From positions 77,314,001 through 77,378,000 of the forward strand of contig OX597817.1 of assembly GCA_951406725.2 (NCBI GenBank): DNA of 64,000 nt. Reading direction: 5' to 3'. This DNA is from Octopus vulgaris. Its lineage: Eukaryota. The notes under the pieces were generated by a model that was not told the origin of the DNA, did no database searches, and saw only the letters and a program-made list of their open reading frames with translations. This document shows positions 56,076 through 64,000 of the stretch, piece by piece; positions within the stretch are counted from its first letter, which is position 1, and the number at the start of each line of letters is the position of its first letter. Both the position numbers and the translations under genes were made by a program.

Positions 56076-57371
56076 AGGTGCAGGTAATTTTCTTTTCCGT
56101 TCTTTTTTTTTCTTTTTGTTGCAGGGTAGCAGTATGGTCTGGCCTATCTGTGTGTGCAATGAGTATCTATCTCAATTTAATAATAGCCGATGACACTGTT
56201 TCATTTTGGCTTGTAATTATATATTTTTTTTTAATTCGTATCTGTTTGACTGCAGCCATGCTGGGGCACTGCCTTGAACAGTTTTAACAAAACAAATCAA
56301 CCCCAAGACATTCTTTTTATTTTCTTGCTTTGTTTTAAAGTCTGTTATTTATTCTATTGGCCTCTATTGGCAGACCACCAAGCTCTGGGGACATAAACAA
56401 ACTGATACCAGTTGTCAAGTGGTAGAGGAACAGACAAGCGCAAATACAGACACACATACACACACAATGGTTTTTATTCTTTTATTCTTTTACTTGTTTC
56501 AGTCATTTGACTGTGGCCATGCTGGAGCACTACCTTTAGTCCATCAAACTGCCCCCAGGACTTATTCTTTCTAAGCCTAGCACTTATTCTATTGGTCTCT
56601 TTTACCTAACTGCCAAGTTACGGGGATGTAAACACACCAACATTGGTTGTCAAGCAATAGGAGGGGCAAACACAGACACAAATACATTGGGCCTCACCGA
56701 TGCAATGACTAGTGACCGAGACGTTAAAAGCACCATCCAAGCGTGATCATTGCCAAGGCCGCTAACTGGCCCCCATGCCGGTTGCACATAAAAAGCACCA
56801 TTCGGGCGTGATCATTACCAGCATCTCCTTACAGGCACTTGTGCCTGTGGCACGGGAAAAACAACATTCAAGCGAGGTTGTTGCCAGTGCCGCTGGACTG
56901 GCTATTGTGCAGGTGGCACATAAAAAGCACCATTTGAGCATGGCCGTCGCCAGTACCGCCTGACTGGCCCTTGTGGCGGTGGCCTGTAAAAACACCTAGT
57001 ACACTCTCAGAGTGGTTGGCGTTAGGAAGGGCATCCAGCTGTAGAAACTCTGTCAGATCAGATTGGAGCCTGGTGCAGCCATCTGGCTCACCAGACCTCA
57101 GTCAAACCATCCAACCCATGCCAGCATGGAAAGCAGACGATGATGATGATGATGATATATATTAAAAATAAGCAACCGGATATCAATTGGTAATGCAGTT
57201 TCACCACTTGAACCGGTCGTACTGCATTACCAGTAGATATCCTGTTGCTTATCTTGATTTTATTCACCTCACTTTGAGCTGTGCAGAAAATACCGGACTG
57301 ACTTGGTGCTTCAACTTAAGTATCTAATTCAACTGAATGTCAATTATTTCTTACCACGTCAATCAACCCCC

Positions 57372-57450
<79 letters not shown>

Positions 57451-58029
57451 CTTCTTTCAGTTTCTGTCTACTAAATCCACTCACAAGGTTTTGGTATACC
57501 CGAGGGTAGAGTAGAAGACACTTGCCCAAGGTGCCACGCAATGGGACTGAAACTGGAGCTATGTTGTAGGGAAGCAAGCTTCTTACCATACAGCCATTCC
57601 TGCGCCTGTCATCCAAATCTACTTATGAGGCTTTGGTTGGCCCAGGGCTAAAGGAGAAGACATTCGGCTTAGGTGTCATGTAATGAGACCGAACCAGAAA
57701 ACATGCGGTTGGGAAGCAAATTTCTTGTCACATAGTCATGCCTGCACCTATAATAATAATGATAATAATTACTATTATTATTATTATTTCAAATTTTTGC
57801 CACGAGGGCAGCAACTTTTTGTTGTTGTTGTTGTGGTGGTGGTGGTGGTGGTGGTGGGGAAACAGTCTCGTATATCGACCTCAGTATTCAATTGGTACTT
57901 ATTTTACCGACTCCCAAAAGATGAAAGGCAAACGGTGACACCTGAACACAGAAAAAGAAAAGAGCTAGAATGCCGCCAGGCATTTAGTCCGATGCAGCAT
58001 GAATTCTGCCAGTTCATTGCTTAACAGCG

Positions 58030-58480
58030 GTCAGGTGTCCGACAGGTGATGGATAAAGGTGAAAAGAAGTAGTAAATGAATAGACAATTAGTCAAATAAA
58101 GAAAGACAACGAAGGCGAGAAGTACATAGAATAAAAACATAAAGACTGAGAGAAGTGAACATTAAAGGAGTCCTCTAGAAGGAAATGCGCATGTAGCCAC
58201 GTCAGAAGTAGCCTTGGTGAATTTCAGGAAGTATGGAAGTTTTGAAGGATGCAGTATCCTGACAAATAAATACGGGCGCAATTAGTTTATTCCACGTCTC
58301 GACAATTCTAAACGTAAAAGAAAAGATGTTTCCGAAAGTCATGGGTGTTGTGCTGCTTTAAAAAAAAATTATTAATAAACATTTCCACTAGAAACAGACA
58401 GAAAATGTACAAGAGAGATACAGAAAGTTAACATAAGAAGTGCAGGATGAATGCCTCAACTTCGTAACAGTTTGAAAAAT
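58030..58480 (-). mobile_element. Decayed CR1-like LINE fragment
   Basis: Frameshifted DFRKH / FTFRIVETWNKL, resembling the R..FFS.RVV..WN.L motif. Confidence 0.55.
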
Positions 58481-59616
58481 ACACATTTCATTGTTTTTGT
58501 TTGTTTTTTTTCTTTTTCTAAGAAAGTTGCCGAGGTAAGAAATAATTGAAATTCAGTTGAATTAGGTACTTAAGTTGAAGAACCAAGTTAGTCCGGTATT
58601 ATCTGCACAGCTCGAAGGTGAACAAAATTAAGATACATATAAAATAAATTTAAATTTTTCAGAGGTAAGTTTCCGATTGTGGAAACTGCGATTACGTTGA
58701 TAAAATTTAGAAATAACAACAGGAATATTGTATTGAATTTTATTTTAAAGTAAATATTTTTGTTTTATAAATTTAGTAATCATTTTCTCTTTTTGTATAA
58801 GTTGAATTACAATACTATTTCTTAGTATTACTTACTCATGGTGGCAAAAGTTTATTTCCTAAGTCACCCAACATGTACATGTAACGAGTGACACTAGTTT
58901 GTGAATACTTGCTGGAGATCGTTTAACAAAAATACGAAAAGAAAAAGAACATTCAAATGTTGTGACCGATGATCGAAACACACTTGTCTTGTACGGGACC
59001 AAACGTTTGTGACTTCATGGATAAATGTGAACGTGTGGAAGCGCATGTGTGTCGGTCTGTATATGAATGCGTGAGCGAATGCATGTGTGCGATGTGCCTC
59101 TAACATTGTCTTCCTCGTGTGGAACATTAAATGCAAGAGAAACTAGGCGAAGTCCCGACCCACAAATAGAAATCCGCACGAACGAAGAGAAAGTCGTGTG
59201 AAAACGACTCAATTTGGAATCGAACCCACATCTGCAGGCGACACAGCTTGCTACACTCTCTTTACTGAGGGCACTAGTTAACATGGGGAGATATCTACGT
59301 AGCTGCTTAACTTGCTAGAAAAAATAGCCAAATCTTAATCTCTCATCTTAGAAACGAACACATCAGATAATATAGTTCTAGGTACACAATGTTTCATAAG
59401 AGAGAAAAAAAGGGGGGCAATAGAATGAAAGGCTTTTGATTTTAGTTAGAACAGGAGACGGGGTTAAACAATAATAATTCTCCGTTAAAGGTAATAGACA
59501 ATTCTCCCTTAAATCAAACCTGTCTTTTAAAGAATGGTAAGACACACTACATAATGTAGTACAAGAAGCTCAAGCCCCGAATTTCTTTGAATATAGAGTT
59601 CTACTGTAGTAAGAGG

Positions 59617-59927
59617 GGGGCGCAATGGCCCAGTGGTTAGGGCAGCGGACTCGCGGTCGGAGGATCGCGGTTTCGATTCCCAGACCGAGCGTTGTGTGTG
59701 TTTATTGAGCGAAAACACCTAAAGCCCCACGAGGTTCCGGCAGGGGGCGGTGGCGACCCCTGTTATATTCTTTCGCCTCAACTTTCTCTCACTCTTTCTT
59801 CCTGTTTCTTGAGTAACGCTGCGATGGACTGGCATTCCGTCCAACTGGGGGAAACACATACGCCACAGAAACCGGGAAACCGGGCCCATGAGCCTGGCGA
59901 GGCTTGAAAAGGGCGCATAAAAAAAAA
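59617..59927 (+). mobile_element. tRNA-derived SINE family B, full length, A-rich tail
   Basis: Head ggcgcaatggcccagtggttagggcagcggactcgcggtcggaggatcgcggtttcgattccc. Minus-strand relatives are at about 255-520, 26315-26473, 44870-45163 and 50115-50410; 12720-12963 shares the 3' part. Confidence 0.9.
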
Positions 59928-60498
59928 CTGTATTAAGGCTGAGTTGAGGGCTAAGCGACAACAGTTATCTGCTAGAAATAGCATTCAAGCAAAATCTTAC
60001 CGTCTCAAAGAAATAGAACACGAGCGCATTGTATACTGTAAGTTCCAGTAGCCGAAGGCCTGAAATTCATGTGAATATAGAGGTCTGTTGTATCAGGACT
60101 GACTTGGGGAACTAGACAACAACCATTCTCTGCAAGAAATAGTTGTTAATTCTCCCTCAAAATCTAACCGTTTTAAAAACAAAAGAAGGCAAAGGTACAT
60201 TGCATAGGTCTTTCTGTATCAACGCAGACTTCAGGGTTTAATAATCACAAACTCCTATACAAGCCTTCAAAAATGTATGTTATCTTTTACGGGTTTCAGA
60301 CATTGGACTGTGGCCATGCTGCGGCACCACCGTGAACCGCTTTGTCGGCGAAAAAAAAAACAACAACCCTAGTGCTTACTTTTAAGCTTCGTACTTATTC
60401 TATCGTGTCAAGCAGTGGGACTGAACCCGAAACTATGTAGTTGGGAAGCAAGCTTCTTACCATTCAGGTACGCTATATATATGTGTGTGTATGTGTAT

Positions 60499-60667
60499 AC
60501 TCTCTCTTTACTCTTTTGCTTCAGTCATTTGACTGCGGCCATGCTGGAGCACCGCCTTTAGTCGAGTAAATCGGCCCCAGGACTTATTCTTTGTAAGCCT
60601 AGTACTTATTCTATCGTTCTCTTTTACGGAACCGCTAAGTTACGGGGACGTAACCACACAAACATAT

Positions 60668-60710
<43 letters not shown>

Positions 60711-60853
60711 CAACGGGCTTCTTCCAGTTACCGTCTACCAAATCCACTCACAAGGCTTTGGTCGGCCCGAGGCTATATAGTAGAAGACACTTGCCCAAGG
60801 AGCCACGCAATGGGACTGAATCCGGGACCATGTGCTTGGTAAGCAAGCTACTT
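60499..60853 (-). mobile_element. SINE family A
   Basis: Inverse copy with CpGs largely retained. Confidence 0.88.
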
Positions 60854-61051
60854 ATATATATATATATATATGTATGTATATCATAGCAAAAAGCAAAGCC
60901 GTCCATCCGAACGCCTGTCTCCCGTCACGATCTCTAACCACCATTAACGGAATGAGGGAGAAAGAACTTAGTCGAACAGACACAAATACAAACACGCATC
61001 GATGACCAATAAATGAGAAAGGCCAAGTCAACAACCCACAAGCGCGCGCGC

Positions 61052-61100
<49 letters not shown>

Positions 61101-61279
61101 TACACACAATCGGAATTGTTATATTGGAAAGCCGGAGCAGGTTAGAAGAAAACAAAAATCTGTTGGTGAATAATTAACCTACCAGACTCTCAGACAATTA
61201 TTCAATGTCTATTATGTAAAGCTAATTAAAGTCAAGATGTCGATGGGGGCAAAAATTAAGTGACTCTCTCTATCTCTCT

Positions 61280-61337
<58 letters not shown>

Positions 61338-61366
61338 GTATATGAATACATATATATATATGTGTA

Positions 61367-61413
<47 letters not shown>

Positions 61414-61434
61414 GTATGTATATGAATACATATA

Positions 61435-61485
<51 letters not shown>

Positions 61486-61487
61486 TA

Positions 61488-61532
<45 letters not shown>

Positions 61533-61559
61533 GTATATATATGTATATGAATATATATG

Positions 61560-61592
<33 letters not shown>

Positions 61593-61696
61593 GTTTCTTT
61601 TTTTTCTCCAAGTTTTTATATGTGTGTGTGTGTATATATATACATATATATATGTATATGTGTGTATATATATACATATATATATGTATATGTGTG

Positions 61697-61727
<31 letters not shown>

Positions 61728-61954
61728 GTGTGTATGTATATATATACATATGCATATATATATATGTGTGTATATATATGTATATATATACATATGCATA
61801 TATATATATACATATGCATATATATATACATATGCATATATGTGTATATACTGACATAAATAGGTCCATGTACATAAAGTAAATATTGTCTATTATATAA
61901 ACCTCACTCTGAGTGAATATTCTCAGGCTGTGTGTGTGTGTGTGTATGTACGTG

Positions 61955-62017
<63 letters not shown>

Positions 62018-62508
62018 GTCGTCTGCCTTACTTGTCTATCAAGTTATCTGGAAAAAAATTGGAGCTGGGGGAAGGAAAGGGCGGGATCGAATCACTATTT
62101 TCCCGTGAGTTGCTATTAACACACATACACGCCCGCGCGTACTATTATACATACAGAAACGTGTGTACATACATACATACATACACACACATCGTTATTT
62201 ATTTTCAAGTCAAGCCCTGGTTGAGAAGATATATGATGAAAAGCATTTCCCTCTTGATCACGCCATTTTTTTTTTAGGGCGGCGCGGCGTCATTTGGACT
62301 TTCGATGTAAAAGTGTTCAAATCGAACGAAAATCTACACAACTTGAGCACAGCTGTGGGGTATTCATTTTACAGAAACTTTTAGATCTCCACTTTATCTT
62401 CTTCAATATTTCAACACACACACATGTGTATCTACCTTTCATTTCTTTTACTTGTTTCAGACATACGACTGCGGCCAGGCTGGAGTACCGCCTGGAAGGA
62501 TTTAATCT

Positions 62509-62862
62509 GGATCTTTTCCTTTTGAACGGCAGTTTTCAACACAATTTCTAGTTAACTAAACACTTTTAAACTTCGTATACTGGTAGAATGTGTCAAAATA
62601 AAACATTTTTTTCTCTTGGCTTTCTTGAGAAAATCGTAATTTGTAAGTTTAACGTAGCAAATGATTTTAGCTCAATAGAGGCCATTGATTGGTTAAAATT
62701 CGAAAAATTAAACTACGTTAAACTTACAAATTATAATTTTCTCAAGAAAGCCAAGAGAAAAAAAATGTTTTATTTTGACACATTCTACCAGTATACGAAG
62801 TTTAAAAGTGTTTAGTTAACTAGAAATTGTGTTGAAAACTGCCGTTCAAAATGAATAGATCC
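62509..62862. mobile_element. Foldback MITE with about 150-bp TIRs and 8-bp TSD (Merlin-like)
   Basis: Arms 62509-62657 and 62713-62862 are near-perfect inverted repeats starting GGATCT. Flanks are tttaatct and tttagtct. It interrupts a SINE 3' part. Confidence 0.85.
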
Positions 62863-63214
62863 TTTAGTCTTACAAATCAACCCCAGCACTTACTTTTATA
62901 AAGCTGGTTTCTTATTCTATCGGTCTCTCTTTTGGCGAACCTGCTCGGCTTCTAGCAAAGGCATATAGCGCTAGGCTTTGAGCGAGCTATGAAATGAGTA
63001 GATTCGTTCGTTTGCATCTGAGTTATTAATACACGGCTGGTTGAGGCCGCCTTGCTGTTTTCAACGTTTTTAGTTTAGTTTTTGTTCCTTCTTAGAATTT
63101 AAGTCTTTGATTTATAACCAGGACACTCCGGGGCATTTCAGTGCCAAACGAATCAAATCTAACCGCCAAACAAGAAACCAGGACAAACTCTTCAACCAAG
63201 GGTATATGGTAAGT

Positions 63215-63276
<62 letters not shown>

Positions 63277-63421
63277 TCAGCCAAAATTGCAAAGATAATC
63301 TGGTATTCGACTGAGGAAAGACTCCGAATGACCCGTCCTTGTTTTCTTTGTATCGTCTATCTGGATGTTTTGTTGTCCCTTTTTTGTATCTAACTGTCTG
63401 GATGTTTTGCGTTCTTGTCCC

Positions 63422-63452
<31 letters not shown>

Positions 63453-63538
63453 GGTCCCGGGTTGATTCGGGGTTAACCACAGTAAATAAGGTACTCAATA
63501 CATAGCAGAGTAAAATTAATTTATTATGTAGAAGCTCC

Positions 63539-63574
<36 letters not shown>

Positions 63575-64000
63575 GCGTGAATATACATGAGAGAGAGAGA
63601 AAGAGAGTGTGTGTGTGTGTGTGAGTGTAAACTTTACATACTGACATAGGAGGTTGAAGTTTGATCCCAACGCGTGGCACCTTTTATTATAGCTTCGGGT
63701 CGACCCCTGTCAATGTTAGACGAAAACTGATCCACATTGCCCTGCCCCACGTCCGACAGACTGCACCCGAAATTTAAAGGGCCACTTTTGTTATATGCCG
63801 TGTCACACAGATTTCACTGGAGAATTACGTCATGAGAAGACGAGCTTGTGGTATATTCTACCAGTTACACGTCAATTCCTTGAACAGGTAACTGAGCCGG
63901 TCCAGTAACGAAATGATCGATCAACGTCGGGGCCGACGAAGGTCCATTTATACCCACGCATATCCCGTGGATGATGACCGTATGTGAACAGGCATATGTG

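Noticed and set aside
59617-59690. tRNA gene candidate
   Set aside because: It is the head of a multi-copy SINE that continues into a body and A-rich tail.
63278-63421. CTGAGGA and ccaaaattgcaa in a TA-embedded repeat
   Set aside because: The helices cannot be assembled into a hammerhead. At most it is a truncated relic.

Overview
AT-rich, microsatellite-saturated animal genomic DNA. The SINE, LINE and MITE content suggests an octopod cephalopod (inference). Nearly all ORFs in the supplied track are translations of (TA)n/(CA)n/(ATC)n repeats. The one recognisable host coding sequence was missed by that track: a 54-nt minus-strand exon segment (12072-12019) encoding MGRKKIQISRIGDERNRQ, the start of the MEF2 MADS box, followed by GTAAGT. 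The window is therefore most likely the 5' part of a Mef2 gene: more than 12 kb of intron to the left, and 5'UTR introns or upstream DNA to the right, with candidate non-coding exons and a rise in CpG content after about 58 kb. The rest is tRNA-derived SINEs, decayed CR1/RTE-like LINE pieces, a deleted DD37D (maT) transposon, several MITE types, Helitron/Helentron-like elements and many foldback structures. The most unexpected signal is a set of sequence-distinct Type I hammerhead ribozyme folds at 5718(-), 26049(+), 35726(-), 35848(+) and 55285(+), with a relic at 38808(-). They have palindromic or near-palindromic helix III and lie in short elements in or beside (TA)n tracts, resembling Penelope-like/retrozyme ribozymes. 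All folds and alignments were done by eye, and repeat boundaries are approximate.
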